Shown piece by piece: positions 10,115 through 20,108 of a DNA stretch of 64,000 nt (positions are counted from its first letter, which is position 1; each line of letters begins with the position of its first letter). The translations under genes were made by a program, and so were the position numbers. The DNA lies in the sequence record LR756501.1; one strand, 5' to 3'. The notes beneath the pieces are model-generated. The model was not told where the DNA came from, did not search any database, and saw nothing but the letters and a program-made list of their open reading frames with translations.

Positions 10115-10979
10115 ACTATTTTTTAGATACAGCTCAATGGGAGCAGGTAAAAGTCTAGACCTCTTAAAGACTTGTTATAACTACGAAGAACACCACAAAC
10201 GTGTTCTAATTTTCACGTCAGCTAAAGACGATAGATACGGTAAAAATATAGTAAAATCTAGAACAGGACTAGAAAGACCAGCAGTTAGTGTTGATGACGA
10301 CATGAATGTTTTTGATTATATAAAAAAATATCATCGCCCAATAGATTGTGTACTTGTTGACGAAGTACAATTTTTCCAAAAACATCACATATACGAACTG
10401 GCAGATATAGTTGATAAAATGAACATACCTGTTATAGCCTACGGTCTAAGAAGCGATTTCAGAATCGAACCATTTGAAGGCTCAATATATATGCTCATAC
10501 TGGCAGACCAAATAGAAGAACTCAAAACCCTCTGCCATAACTGTGAAAAGAAAGCAGTCCTAAATATAAGATATTCAAAAGTGGAAGGCACTAGAGGATT
10601 CACTAAAATGATTTTAACAGAAGGCGAACAAGTGCAAGTAGGTGGTAATGAAAGTTATATACCACTATGTAGAAAATGTTATAAAGAGTTGTTAGATTTA
10701 ACAGCTAAAATGAAGGCTAAGGACACTTCAATTATTCCAGAAGGTCCTTATTGTTATATAGGATTAAGTTACGAAAAGGGAGTACTACATACAAAAGTAT
10801 GTCCTTATTTTGATCATATAGAAAAAGGTGGAAGTCAATCAGATGGATATTGCCATTTTCTCGAAGAAGGTGATTCTCATTTAGATGGCAGTGATAATAT
10901 GGAAGGTTGTGGACTTTTATGGGATCAGTGTAAATGTTGTGGAATAAATGACGAAATAAATGAAAGTGATATTAAATAA
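10107..10979 (+). CDS. tdk: Thymidine kinase with Cys-rich C-terminal extension
   Basis: YSSMGAGKS, VLVDEVQF, YGLRSDF, CHNC...CRKC zinc site. Confidence 0.95.
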   Translation: MAKLFFRYSSMGAGKSLDLLKTCYNYEEHHKRVLIFTSAKDDRYGKNIVKSRTGLERPAVSVDDDMNVFDYIKKYHRPIDCVLVDEVQFFQKHHIYELADIVDKMNIPVIAYGLRSDFRIEPFEGSIYMLILADQIEELKTLCHNCEKKAVLNIRYSKVEGTRGFTKMILTEGEQVQVGGNESYIPLCRKCYKELLDLTAKMKAKDTSIIPEGPYCYIGLSYEKGVLHTKVCPYFDHIEKGGSQSDGYCHFLEEGDSHLDGSDNMEGCGLLWDQCKCCGINDEINESDIK

Positions 10980-11988
10980 AACCAAAACGAAAATCAAAAC
11001 AAAACAATATGATTACCAAAAAACAAAACAAAACAAAATGGAAAAACAAATTGAATTGGGGTTATATAAAGTAACCCTCAGCGAAGAAGGATTAGTATTT
11101 ACTCCTAGGAGAGATATTATACCAAGGGAACAATGGAACACAAGATTGAACGCTACAGCAGGTGAAGTATGGTTAAAACCAGAATCAGTGAGTAAATTAA
11201 AAGATTGGTTAGATAATTCTGGATCAAGCGAACTCTATGGTGGTAAACAAATAGCCAAGAAAGAATACAAAGTTGACTACAAAGATAAGATGTACGTTGA
11301 AAAAAGAAAAATTCTACGTCAATTATCTATTAAAGACGAGATCAGGAATTGTCTTGATGTAGTTACAGATGAAATTTTTGATTGTATTATGTATAATTTT
11401 AGAAATTGTGCATATAAATCAATAAAAGATAGAATAGGAATAGAAATGAACGATCTTCATTTCTGGCATTATATAAGAACCTTTTTAGTTGATGGATTCT
11501 TAGCATTCGAAATCATATTTGACGGAGATAAACCCATCGATTTACACCCAGTAGATCCAAGCACTTTAGTGCCTCAATACGATCCAAAAACAAACAATAT
11601 GTTTTGGATTCAAAATCCAGATAAAGAAAGCGTGAAAAGAATATTAACAAATAAACAGATCATATATCTTGGATACTCTGGTAACGCTACTGAATTACAT
11701 ACTTCTTATGTAGAAGAACTCAAAGAATCATACGAAAGATTGAAAATGGCTGAAAGTTCAGTATTTTTTCCATCTGTGGATCCATCTATGAGACCTCCTA
11801 TTGAAGCTGTAAGATGGTTATACGAAGCATTTGAGAACATATCTAGGATTCCAAAATTACGCCCAGTTCAGTATAAAGTAGGAGAATGCTCTGAATCTGA
11901 TGTACTTAGGTACAATAAATTTATTGGAAGAATTGTGAAAATTTTTGATACAGAATTTTTCGATAAGATTAACTCGTTAAACAAATGA
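10960..11988 (+). CDS. Truncated T4 gp20-like portal paralog (probable start ~11038)
   Basis: RKILRQLSIKDEI..LDVVTDE, FLVDGFLAFEIIFD, SYVEEL resemble the N-terminal part of jumbo-phage portals (recalled, not searched). Confidence 0.6.
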   Translation: MKVILNKTKTKIKTKQYDYQKTKQNKMEKQIELGLYKVTLSEEGLVFTPRRDIIPREQWNTRLNATAGEVWLKPESVSKLKDWLDNSGSSELYGGKQIAKKEYKVDYKDKMYVEKRKILRQLSIKDEIRNCLDVVTDEIFDCIMYNFRNCAYKSIKDRIGIEMNDLHFWHYIRTFLVDGFLAFEIIFDGDKPIDLHPVDPSTLVPQYDPKTNNMFWIQNPDKESVKRILTNKQIIYLGYSGNATELHTSYVEELKESYERLKMAESSVFFPSVDPSMRPPIEAVRWLYEAFENISRIPKLRPVQYKVGECSESDVLRYNKFIGRIVKIFDTEFFDKINSLNK

Positions 11989-12170
11989 TATATTTTTTAA
12001 TATATTTAATATTAGCGACAGTATGGGCATTATATGCTGGTTATAGACAATACCAACTATGTAAGAATTTATATGGTAAATGGTCTAACACCCTCAAAGG
12101 ATTTGTAATTAACCTTCTATTATTCCCATACTGTTTCTATATTTCTATAAAAAATAAGAAAAATAAATAA
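11985..12170 (+). CDS. Small membrane protein
   Basis: Two hydrophobic stretches. Confidence 0.6.
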   Translation: MIYFLIYLILATVWALYAGYRQYQLCKNLYGKWSNTLKGFVINLLLFPYCFYISIKNKKNK

Positions 12171-12173
12171 AAT

Positions 12174-13301
12174 ATGTATAAGAAAATAAAATCACCTACC
12201 CCGATGTCTGGCTTTTACGTTGCCTACTACGGAAGCACTATGAACGAACGTAAAGGAATTTATGGAATATCACACCTTATGGAACACCTTGTCTGTAAAG
12301 GTATAGATAGTTTAATGGAAGATTTCGAAAGAGACGCTGTTAACTGGAACGCCTATACATCAGATAAGGAAATTGTTTTCTACATGACTGGTATGGATAA
12401 GAAAATTAAGAAATGGAAACAGAAATTTTACGAACACATTTTAAGCTTTGATCACGTTACAGAAGAAGTATTCCAAAACGAAAAGAAAATTGTTATAGAA
12501 GAATATAAAGATTCTTTTAATAAACAATCAGAAGCACACATGCAAAATCTTTTCAGAAAACTCTACGATTATTACGAAGCAATAGGTTTACTCGAAGATT
12601 TAGAAAGCTTAACTCTACAAGATTGTAAGGATTTCTTTGAATTACAATACAGAAAACCTACAATGATCATCGATATATCAAAGAGCACAGATACCAAAAT
12701 GGAAGAGTTCTTCTCTAAAGTGGAATACGATAAAAGAACATATAGCGATAATAGAATAGAACAAAATATCAACGAAAACTTCTTGTACGAAAAAGGAAAT
12801 AAATATAAAGATAAATCATCTATTATTAACCTTTCCCCAGTAATTTACGCTGATTTCCCATATATCACATTCATTAACAGAATGTTAGGTGCTGGTTTGA
12901 AATCGCCCATTTATAGAGAGATAAGGGAGAAGAACGGGTTAGTATATTATTTTCATTGTTACCAGAGAGAAATAACGAATAATTCTGTTGTGAGTATTTT
13001 ACAGACAGAAACTTCTAATAAGAATGTAGATAAGGTACAAAAGATATTAAAAGATATTTTAGGTAATCCTGATAAATATTTAACCAAAGAAAGGTTTGAT
13101 ATTATAAAGGAATATTACACTAATAAATACGAAAAGGAAAACATAATGCTTCATAACAACGGTTATAAGTTTATTGAGCAGGAACATTTCTCACTTGAGA
13201 AGATTTTACCAACTTTAACTTATGAAGACGTTAGAAGAGTATATGATAAATATTTTGATTTTTCTAAATTTTATCAATCAATAGATAAAAAAGAATTTTA
13301 A
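12174..13301 (+). CDS. M16-family (pitrilysin-like) zinc peptidase
   Basis: GISHLMEHL (HXXEH), NAYT, EKKIVIEE, YREIREKNGLVY. Confidence 0.92.
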   Translation: MYKKIKSPTPMSGFYVAYYGSTMNERKGIYGISHLMEHLVCKGIDSLMEDFERDAVNWNAYTSDKEIVFYMTGMDKKIKKWKQKFYEHILSFDHVTEEVFQNEKKIVIEEYKDSFNKQSEAHMQNLFRKLYDYYEAIGLLEDLESLTLQDCKDFFELQYRKPTMIIDISKSTDTKMEEFFSKVEYDKRTYSDNRIEQNINENFLYEKGNKYKDKSSIINLSPVIYADFPYITFINRMLGAGLKSPIYREIREKNGLVYYFHCYQREITNNSVVSILQTETSNKNVDKVQKILKDILGNPDKYLTKERFDIIKEYYTNKYEKENIMLHNNGYKFIEQEHFSLEKILPTLTYEDVRRVYDKYFDFSKFYQSIDKKEF

Positions 13302-13369
13302 TTATGGATTGGAACTGAAAGTGATATTTTTAGACGTCGTAATTTTTATATATAAAATAAAAAGAATAT

Positions 13370-14170
13370 ATGAAAATTAAAGATAAAAACGTGATACTGG
13401 ATCTATATAAAGAAAATTTATCACAGAAGGAAATATCTAAAAAATTGGGAATAACTCAAAGTTATGTCTCTAGAGTTATAAATCAATTTGGGTTAAAGAG
13501 AGATAAAAGTATTTTAAAACTAAATAGATTAGGTATAGATTTAGATTATTTTAAATGTATTGATAATGATGAAAAATCTTATTGGTTAGGTTTTATTTGT
13601 GCTGATGGCAACATTAACAAAAATGATAATAAAATGACTTTAACATCAAAAGATTTGGAAATAATTGAAAAATTTAAAAAATGTATAAAATCTGATCATC
13701 AAATAAATCATTATGAATATTTAGATAAAAGAACCAATAGAAGATATAAAAGACACACTATACAAATTACGACAAAACCTTTTACAACTAATCTAATAAA
13801 TCTAGGTGTGACTAAATACAAAACTGATAAGCTAGATTTTCCTAGCATAGATGAAAAATATATACATAGTTTTATTGCTGGATTATTTGACGGTGATGGC
13901 ACAATCTGTAATAGAAAAAAGAATAAACAATTATTACTCAGTTTAATATCTACTATGGAAATGTTAAATTTTATTCAAAATTATTTAGATAAGAATTTCA
14001 ATATAAATCGCACAGAAATTCAAAGAGTTACAAAAAGAAAAAATAATGTTTATAAAATGCCTTTATATAAAAGAGAAGATATACTTAAATTTTTAAATTT
14101 TATTTATAGTGGCAACAGTGATATGTATTTACAAAGAAAATATAACACATATAAAAAAGAAATAGTCTAA
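13370..14170 (+). CDS. LAGLIDADG homing endonuclease with N-terminal HTH
   Basis: YWLGFICADG and FIAGLFDGDG motifs. Confidence 0.9.
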   Translation: MKIKDKNVILDLYKENLSQKEISKKLGITQSYVSRVINQFGLKRDKSILKLNRLGIDLDYFKCIDNDEKSYWLGFICADGNINKNDNKMTLTSKDLEIIEKFKKCIKSDHQINHYEYLDKRTNRRYKRHTIQITTKPFTTNLINLGVTKYKTDKLDFPSIDEKYIHSFIAGLFDGDGTICNRKKNKQLLLSLISTMEMLNFIQNYLDKNFNINRTEIQRVTKRKNNVYKMPLYKREDILKFLNFIYSGNSDMYLQRKYNTYKKEIV

Positions 14171-14171
14171 T

Positions 14172-14525
14172 ATGGAAAATAAAGTCGTGTTCCTTGATAT
14201 AGATGGTTGTTTAGTCAAACATCACGGTGGACATTCATCTTCACTAATATCCCAGAAGACCCAACTTTTACCTGGTGTAAAAGAAAAATTAGATGAGTGG
14301 GAAGTAGCTGGATGCCAAATAATTATAACAACTGGTAGAAAAGAATCTTACAGAAAGTTTACTGAGGATCAGTTATTTAAAGCGGGTGTAGCTTACGAAC
14401 AGTTGGTGATGGGATTAGGTAGAGGAGAGAGAATTGTTATTAATGATAAAAAACCTGATGGTACACCGACGGCTAGGGCTATAATGGTAGATAGAAATGA
14501 AGGAATAGGAGGAATTGAGTTATGA
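14172..14525 (+). CDS. HAD-superfamily phosphatase
   Basis: VFLDIDGCL, ITTGR, INDKK. Confidence 0.85.
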   Translation: MENKVVFLDIDGCLVKHHGGHSSSLISQKTQLLPGVKEKLDEWEVAGCQIIITTGRKESYRKFTEDQLFKAGVAYEQLVMGLGRGERIVINDKKPDGTPTARAIMVDRNEGIGGIEL

Positions 14526-14827
14526 TATTAACACCGTTATTTGTAAAAAATTCTATTGATAATTATAACAATAAGATGAATAAGGATCGTGAGCAACAAG
14601 CAATACTTGTCGGTAAGATTAATGCTGCAGCTAATATTATAGCTAAATCTGGAAGAAGAGTGGGGGCAGCTAGTTATATAAATGGAGAATATATCAAAGA
14701 TTTATGTATGCCATTTACAAGGGAGTTAGATCCTAAAACAAATACATGGAGAGATTATAAACCAAAGGAAGTGAAAAGGATAGTATCTGCTTTAGATCCT
14801 TACGGTGAAGAAAATTGGGAGAACTAA
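14522..14827 (+). CDS. Small protein resembling a major-capsid-protein segment, C-terminal DPYGEENW
   Basis: KINAAANIIAKSGRRVGAASY resembles the gp23-like ILAAANxIAxRGRRG segment. Confidence 0.55.
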   Translation: MILTPLFVKNSIDNYNNKMNKDREQQAILVGKINAAANIIAKSGRRVGAASYINGEYIKDLCMPFTRELDPKTNTWRDYKPKEVKRIVSALDPYGEENWEN

Positions 14828-14830
14828 ATT

Positions 14831-15067
14831 ATGATAGGCAGAAAAGGAATAGAACAGGGTTACGTATATCTTCCATATAGATTGGAACAAACTGTTCCTA
14901 TAATAGTGGAAGGGAGATTTGCACCAAAAATGCTTCTTAAAAGTAGGTATAGCATGGTTGTTCCAAATGAAGGATTTTTTCAGAAGATTTCATCTGGAAT
15001 TAAAAAAGAAATAGTAAGAGTCTTTTCTGATTTAGATCCTTACGGCGAGGAAGATTGGAATAATTAA
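14831..15067 (+). CDS. Small protein resembling the major-capsid-protein C-terminal segment, C-terminal DPYGEEDW
   Basis: GYVYLPY...EGRFAPKMLLKSRY resembles T4 gp23 GIYYAPY...QPVMGFKTRY. Confidence 0.6.
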   Translation: MIGRKGIEQGYVYLPYRLEQTVPIIVEGRFAPKMLLKSRYSMVVPNEGFFQKISSGIKKEIVRVFSDLDPYGEEDWNN

Positions 15068-15068
15068 T

Positions 15069-16034
15069 ATGATAGGTTGTAAAACAAGCATAACTGGAAA
15101 TAGAATAGATGTTAATTGCACTAATACAGAGGGTGAGAAATCAGTCACACTAGAAATATATGAACTAGAAAGCAATTTCAAATTAGTAGATTATAAATTT
15201 AATATAGTTGATATAGCTAATATTTGGAATACGTTAATATTCAACACTTCACAATTTGAATTCATTAACGGTTTTAGAATTAAAATAATTAATAACGAAA
15301 CAAAAGATATTGAATACGACGATATTCTTTTAACTAAACCTTACACTAAAACTAAATTCGTGGATAAAGATAATATCCTATCTCATAGTATAATAGGTTC
15401 TCTCAGTTATAATTTTTTTGAATCTTTTATAACATTTAAAGACGATCCTCTAAATATTAAAAATGATAAAGTTCTTTTGGATTTAGGTAGCACTGTTGGA
15501 GTTTTTACAGCTTACGCTTTAGAACAAAATCCTAATTTGAAATCTATTTGCGTAGAAATGAATCCGAATCTTCATAAAGTTTGTGTAGATACATTTAAAG
15601 ATAATCCTAATATAATACCTATTCACGCAGCTATTTACAAAGAATCAGGTACAACAGTTCCTTTTAAATCATTAAGTGAGGATTTGTACGATTTAGGTAA
15701 TACCATAGTAGATAATCTTTATATTGATCAAACACACGTATTAAATGTAAGTACCATATCAGTTGAAGATATAATGAAAACATATGATATAGAAAGAATA
15801 TCTTTAATGAAAGTTGATATAGAAGGGTATGAATACGAATTATTTGAAAATTTAAGTGACGAAATATTAGATAAAACGGATAAAATCTTACTTGAATTTC
15901 ATAGAGTTCACGATCCAAATAGAAGATTGAATTTAATAAATAGATTACAAATAAAAGGATTTAAGATGCACGTTTACGATCAAAATATCAATATGTATTC
16001 TGATCATATGTTTACCTTACTCTTTACAAAATAA
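15069..16034 (+). CDS. FkbM-family methyltransferase
   Basis: LLDLGSTVG, CVEMNP, LMKVDIEGYE. Confidence 0.88.
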   Translation: MIGCKTSITGNRIDVNCTNTEGEKSVTLEIYELESNFKLVDYKFNIVDIANIWNTLIFNTSQFEFINGFRIKIINNETKDIEYDDILLTKPYTKTKFVDKDNILSHSIIGSLSYNFFESFITFKDDPLNIKNDKVLLDLGSTVGVFTAYALEQNPNLKSICVEMNPNLHKVCVDTFKDNPNIIPIHAAIYKESGTTVPFKSLSEDLYDLGNTIVDNLYIDQTHVLNVSTISVEDIMKTYDIERISLMKVDIEGYEYELFENLSDEILDKTDKILLEFHRVHDPNRRLNLINRLQIKGFKMHVYDQNINMYSDHMFTLLFTK

Positions 16035-16043
16035 TTTAAAATC

Positions 16044-16790
16044 ATGAGTAGAAAATTAGAAAAACTAGAATTTATCAAACTTCTTAAAGAGGTATCTGAT
16101 AAACTTGATGAGAAAGGAATTCGTAACGAAATACCTTTCGTGTATAAAGATAAACATACATTTGATTTTATTAAAATACTTATACCCCAAGAGACAGACG
16201 TTACCATACTCGAAGATATATTCAAAAGTAACGAATATAATGTCGTTAATAGACATATAGATTTCTATTACAAAGACTTTAGATTTATCTTTATTAGAAC
16301 TGCTGAGACTGAATTCTTCCCTACATTCTTTTATTATAGTTGGGATATTGTTCCAACTCTTATGAATGTTATGTTGAATAAAATGGGACTCAATCTTATA
16401 CCAAGTGGTTTACAATACGTAGCAGGAGAAAAATCATTTATGGTTTCTAATAACATTAAATTCATACTTGAATACTTGGGATTAGATTTTGAATTATACA
16501 TGAAAAAAGGATTTAAATCTTTGTTTGATGAAGTAAGTTTCTTAACTTTGTCCCCTTATTTTAACGTTAAAATATTTAAAGAATACCACTTAAACGAAAG
16601 AGATTTCTTTTATTTTGATAAAGAACCACAATATAAATACGCTTTAAGTCTATTTGATAATTTTGAAAATATTAGATTTGAAGGATACGACTATGATAAA
16701 GAACTAGATACATACCTACTGAATATAGACTTAATGTTTCCTGGTTCTAATTTCTTAGAAAACGTCACAAAATTAAAATTTGTTAAATAA
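16044..16790 (+). CDS. Degenerate phage nucleotidyltransferase-like protein
   Basis: Pattern resembles a jumbo-phage NTase family but lacks the GDxD acidic motif. Confidence 0.4.
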   Translation: MSRKLEKLEFIKLLKEVSDKLDEKGIRNEIPFVYKDKHTFDFIKILIPQETDVTILEDIFKSNEYNVVNRHIDFYYKDFRFIFIRTAETEFFPTFFYYSWDIVPTLMNVMLNKMGLNLIPSGLQYVAGEKSFMVSNNIKFILEYLGLDFELYMKKGFKSLFDEVSFLTLSPYFNVKIFKEYHLNERDFFYFDKEPQYKYALSLFDNFENIRFEGYDYDKELDTYLLNIDLMFPGSNFLENVTKLKFVK

Positions 16791-16808
16791 TATATAAAAA
16801 TAAACTGA

Positions 16809-17294
16809 ATGTCTTTAATAGGGGAAATAAATAATTATTTCATCAGATATGGTGATATGTTTGATCTTCAAACTATTAACTATACCAAACAAGTAGTTCA
16901 CAAAATAAAAACTTCTCCTGTGTTAAAGAATTTCTTAACAGAGAATCATATCTCTGCGTCCGTCCTTTTAAATGAAATCACTCCTTACAGTCAATTCAAG
17001 TTAAGACAATATGGTGACGAGAAACTTGATATGAAAGAAATTCAAAGCATCTTGAATATTATATTGTTCTCTAATGAAATAGAAAAACTAATGATGGAAG
17101 ATCATATAGAATTTTCGTCTATTGGTGAGGCTGGTGAATTATATTATTTAGCAGATGAGCACGCTGCTGAGTATTTCAATAATAAATACGAAATAGAAAT
17201 AGTAGAGGGTGAGGAATTTGATTTTACCATTCTTGATGGGCACGGTGGAGATAATAATTTGAATTTTGGTGGCGGTGGATTTGGAATTAACTAA
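16809..17294 (+). CDS. Hypothetical protein
   Basis: 161-aa ORF after a TATATA motif. Confidence 0.7.
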   Translation: MSLIGEINNYFIRYGDMFDLQTINYTKQVVHKIKTSPVLKNFLTENHISASVLLNEITPYSQFKLRQYGDEKLDMKEIQSILNIILFSNEIEKLMMEDHIEFSSIGEAGELYYLADEHAAEYFNNKYEIEIVEGEEFDFTILDGHGGDNNLNFGGGGFGIN

Positions 17295-17337
17295 ATCATT
17301 TTTTATTTTTAATATATACAAAAAACAATTTTAAGCA

Positions 17338-17721
17338 ATGGCTAGATTAACACTTTGGTATTCAGTAGGTAATGGTGGTGATGGATCAGCTTATCCACAA
17401 TTCTTTGAGAATGAAAGATTAACAGAAATGGAACAGGAGTTAATGCCTGAGGGTTGGGGCGAATGTTGTAATGGCTCTATTGTTATAGAAGGTGGTGAAG
17501 ATATGAGAGTTGTTAGACCTCATGTTGTAACAAAAGAAGAATTCATTAAAGAATTAGATTCTCAAATAAATAGTAAAGGTAACTATTACAATAAAAAATT
17601 AGCAAAGAAATTCAGGGACGAATTAAAACCTGAACCCATTATAAGAAATATTGGACCAGATGATCCTTATGGCGAAGAATTAGTCGAAGAGAAGATCAAA
17701 AAATACAAAGACTTCAAATGA
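17338..17721 (+). CDS. Hypothetical protein with DPYGEE
   Basis: IIRNIGPDDPYGEE. Confidence 0.75.
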   Translation: MARLTLWYSVGNGGDGSAYPQFFENERLTEMEQELMPEGWGECCNGSIVIEGGEDMRVVRPHVVTKEEFIKELDSQINSKGNYYNKKLAKKFRDELKPEPIIRNIGPDDPYGEELVEEKIKKYKDFK

Positions 17722-18398
17722 AGATAAAGAAAATTAGTGAACAATTAGAAGAGGAAGAAAGAGTGCCAAAAACCAGAGAAGAAATTCTGGATAGTATGAT
17801 ATTCCTTAATAAAATTGAAATTATTAAGGACGTCAATCCACTCAAAAAAGGTTTAACTATTGATATAAAAAGACCTATTCTTTTTTTGGTTGGTGATAAT
17901 GGTGCTGGTAAATCTACCATTATGGAATGTCTTGCAGATACTTTTGGGTTCCAAGATGATACTTATATGAAAAGACAAGGCATGAAGAAAAATATACAAT
18001 TAACTGGTAAGAAATGTAAAGTTAACTATATTGATTTTCATGGGGGAGATAAGAAATTCGCTTCAGCTTTTGGATCCAATATGGAGTTACAATTAAGACA
18101 AATGAAAGCATCTGCTGGTGAATCTACCATTGTTCAAATGTTACAAATGGCTAAATTTACAGATGGTTTACTTATTCTTGACGAACCATGTAGAGGATTA
18201 TCTATTAAGAACCAAATACAGATTGGTAGAATAATTGAGAAGAAATTCTTTATTGATGGATGCCAAGTTATTTGCACAACCCACTCTGATATTATATTAA
18301 AGAAGTTTAGAAATATCGCTCAGTATTTTGAAGTGAAAGCTGGAACAGATACTTCTTATAAAGAATATGTAAAAGAACAAGGATTGGAGGTAGAATAA
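17718..18398 (+). CDS. ABC-type ATPase (AAA_21-like)
   Basis: GDNGAGKST, SAGE signature, LILDEP, THS. Confidence 0.9.
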   Translation: MKIKKISEQLEEEERVPKTREEILDSMIFLNKIEIIKDVNPLKKGLTIDIKRPILFLVGDNGAGKSTIMECLADTFGFQDDTYMKRQGMKKNIQLTGKKCKVNYIDFHGGDKKFASAFGSNMELQLRQMKASAGESTIVQMLQMAKFTDGLLILDEPCRGLSIKNQIQIGRIIEKKFFIDGCQVICTTHSDIILKKFRNIAQYFEVKAGTDTSYKEYVKEQGLEVE

Positions 18399-18610
18399 TG
18401 ACGCTAGAAGAAATGTTAAGAACAAACGCAAACGAATGGGGAGTTGTAGCTTCTGAATATATTGTTAGAGTTCAACGTGATTTAAATGAAGATGGATTAC
18501 AAATTTATATTCGCCCCTCTGATAGAGGTGGGGATACACTGGATTTAATTGTTAAAGGAGATGATATAAAAATACCAGATTGGGATAAGTTGAATAAAAT
18601 AAACTTTTAA
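18398..18610 (+). CDS. Small hypothetical protein
   Basis: 70-aa ORF coupled to the previous gene. Confidence 0.65.
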   Translation: MTLEEMLRTNANEWGVVASEYIVRVQRDLNEDGLQIYIRPSDRGGDTLDLIVKGDDIKIPDWDKLNKINF

Positions 18611-18671
18611 AAACAATTGAATGTAATAAGTATGATCAAAATATTCTTAATAACAATAACGTAAACATGCG

Positions 18672-18703
18672 AAGGGTGGAGAAATTCCACCCTTTTTTGT
18701 TTT
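18672..18703 (+). terminator. Intrinsic terminator
   Basis: aagggtgga-gaaat-tccaccctt + T tract. Confidence 0.85.
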
Positions 18704-18722
18704 AAAAAATAAATGAAAAATT

Positions 18723-19718
18723 ATGTATAAATATGAATATGTGTGGTTAGACGGTTATAAACCAGAACCTAATTTAAGATCAAAAACAAAAGTAATTAAA
18801 GAACTTACACCATTAGAAGGACTCCCAGTGTGGAGTTTCGATGGTAGTTCCACTAAACAAGCAGACGGACATACATCTGATTGTCTTATAAAACCAGTTA
18901 GAATGATTACAGATCCACAAAGAAAAAACGCTTTTCTCGTTATGTGTGAAGTTCTTAATCCAGATGGAACACCCCACCCATCAAATAAAAGAGCAACATA
19001 CGAAGAAGACGAAGATTTTTGGTTTGGTTTCGAACAAGAATATACTTTAATAAATCCTTTAACTAACCGACCAGCAGGATTTCCAGATAACGGTTATCCC
19101 GAAGGACAAGGAATGTATTATTGCTCAGTTGGTTACGGACACGTTGAGGCAAGAAATTTAGTAGAAGAACATCTTGATGTTTGTTTAGAAGCAGGATTAG
19201 ATGTGACTGGTATAAATTCAGAAGTTCTTTTAGGACAATGGGAATATCAACTTTTTGGAAAAGGAGCGAAGAAAACATCTGATGATCTATGGTTGAGTAG
19301 ATTTTTATTGAATAGACTATCTGAAAAATATAAATTGAGAATTGAACTTCATCCTAAACCAGTTAAGGGTAATTGGAACGGTAGTGGATGCCACGTTAAT
19401 TTTTCTAATACTCAAATGAGAGAAATTGGTGGAGAAGAATACTTTGTTTCTATTTGTGAAGCTTTAAGAACTACTCACTTAGATCACATTAAGGTATATG
19501 GTTCTTCAAACGCTGAAAGATTGACTGGTGAACACGAAACACAGAAGATAGACACTTTTAGTTACGGTTTATCAGATAGAGGAGCATCAATAAGAATTCC
19601 TATTGCTGTACCTTTAAATGGTTGGAAAGGTTATCTCGAGGACAGACGTCCAGCTTCAAATATGGACCCTTATAGAGTAACAAGAAAGATTCTAAAAACT
19701 ATGAAAACATTGGAATAA
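18723..19718 (+). CDS. glnII: Glutamine synthetase type II
   Basis: EYVWLDG, WSFDGSST, GFEQEY, WNGSGCH, GYLEDRRPASN. Confidence 0.95.
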   Translation: MYKYEYVWLDGYKPEPNLRSKTKVIKELTPLEGLPVWSFDGSSTKQADGHTSDCLIKPVRMITDPQRKNAFLVMCEVLNPDGTPHPSNKRATYEEDEDFWFGFEQEYTLINPLTNRPAGFPDNGYPEGQGMYYCSVGYGHVEARNLVEEHLDVCLEAGLDVTGINSEVLLGQWEYQLFGKGAKKTSDDLWLSRFLLNRLSEKYKLRIELHPKPVKGNWNGSGCHVNFSNTQMREIGGEEYFVSICEALRTTHLDHIKVYGSSNAERLTGEHETQKIDTFSYGLSDRGASIRIPIAVPLNGWKGYLEDRRPASNMDPYRVTRKILKTMKTLE

Positions 19719-19748
19719 CAAAAAGGGGAACTAAGTTCCCCTTTTTTT
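19719..19748. terminator. Bidirectional intrinsic terminator
   Basis: aaaaaggggaac-taa-gttcccctttttt. Confidence 0.85.
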
Positions 19749-20049
19749 ATGATTTGAAAAATCTTTCAAATTGATCTGGTCTTCTATTTTTAACCATATC
19801 CCTTTCTTGTTTTGTAGATTCTAAAATTTCAGCGTGGTCTATGTGAATAGCAAGTCCTATAAGCTCTCCTGATGGCTTTTCATTAAAAAGTTTTTCGTGT
19901 ACTTCTCTGAAATTCTTTACTTCGTAATTTGTGCCAATATATCTTGTCACAACGTCGACTTCAAATTCTTGACCGACTAAATTCTTGTACCACTCACCTG
20001 GTTTAGTTATTTTTATTTTCATTTTTCTTGTATTTAAAATATTGAACAA
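19747..20049 (-). CDS. Hypothetical protein
   Basis: ORF ending at a terminator. Confidence 0.6.
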   Translation of the reverse strand: MFNILNTRKMKIKITKPGEWYKNLVGQEFEVDVVTRYIGTNYEVKNFREVHEKLFNEKPSGELIGLAIHIDHAEILESTKQERDMVKNRRPDQFERFFKS

Positions 20050-20108
20050 TTTTATCAGTAGTATATAAAAAACTGATAGATAATAATATAATTATAAATA
20101 GCGACATA

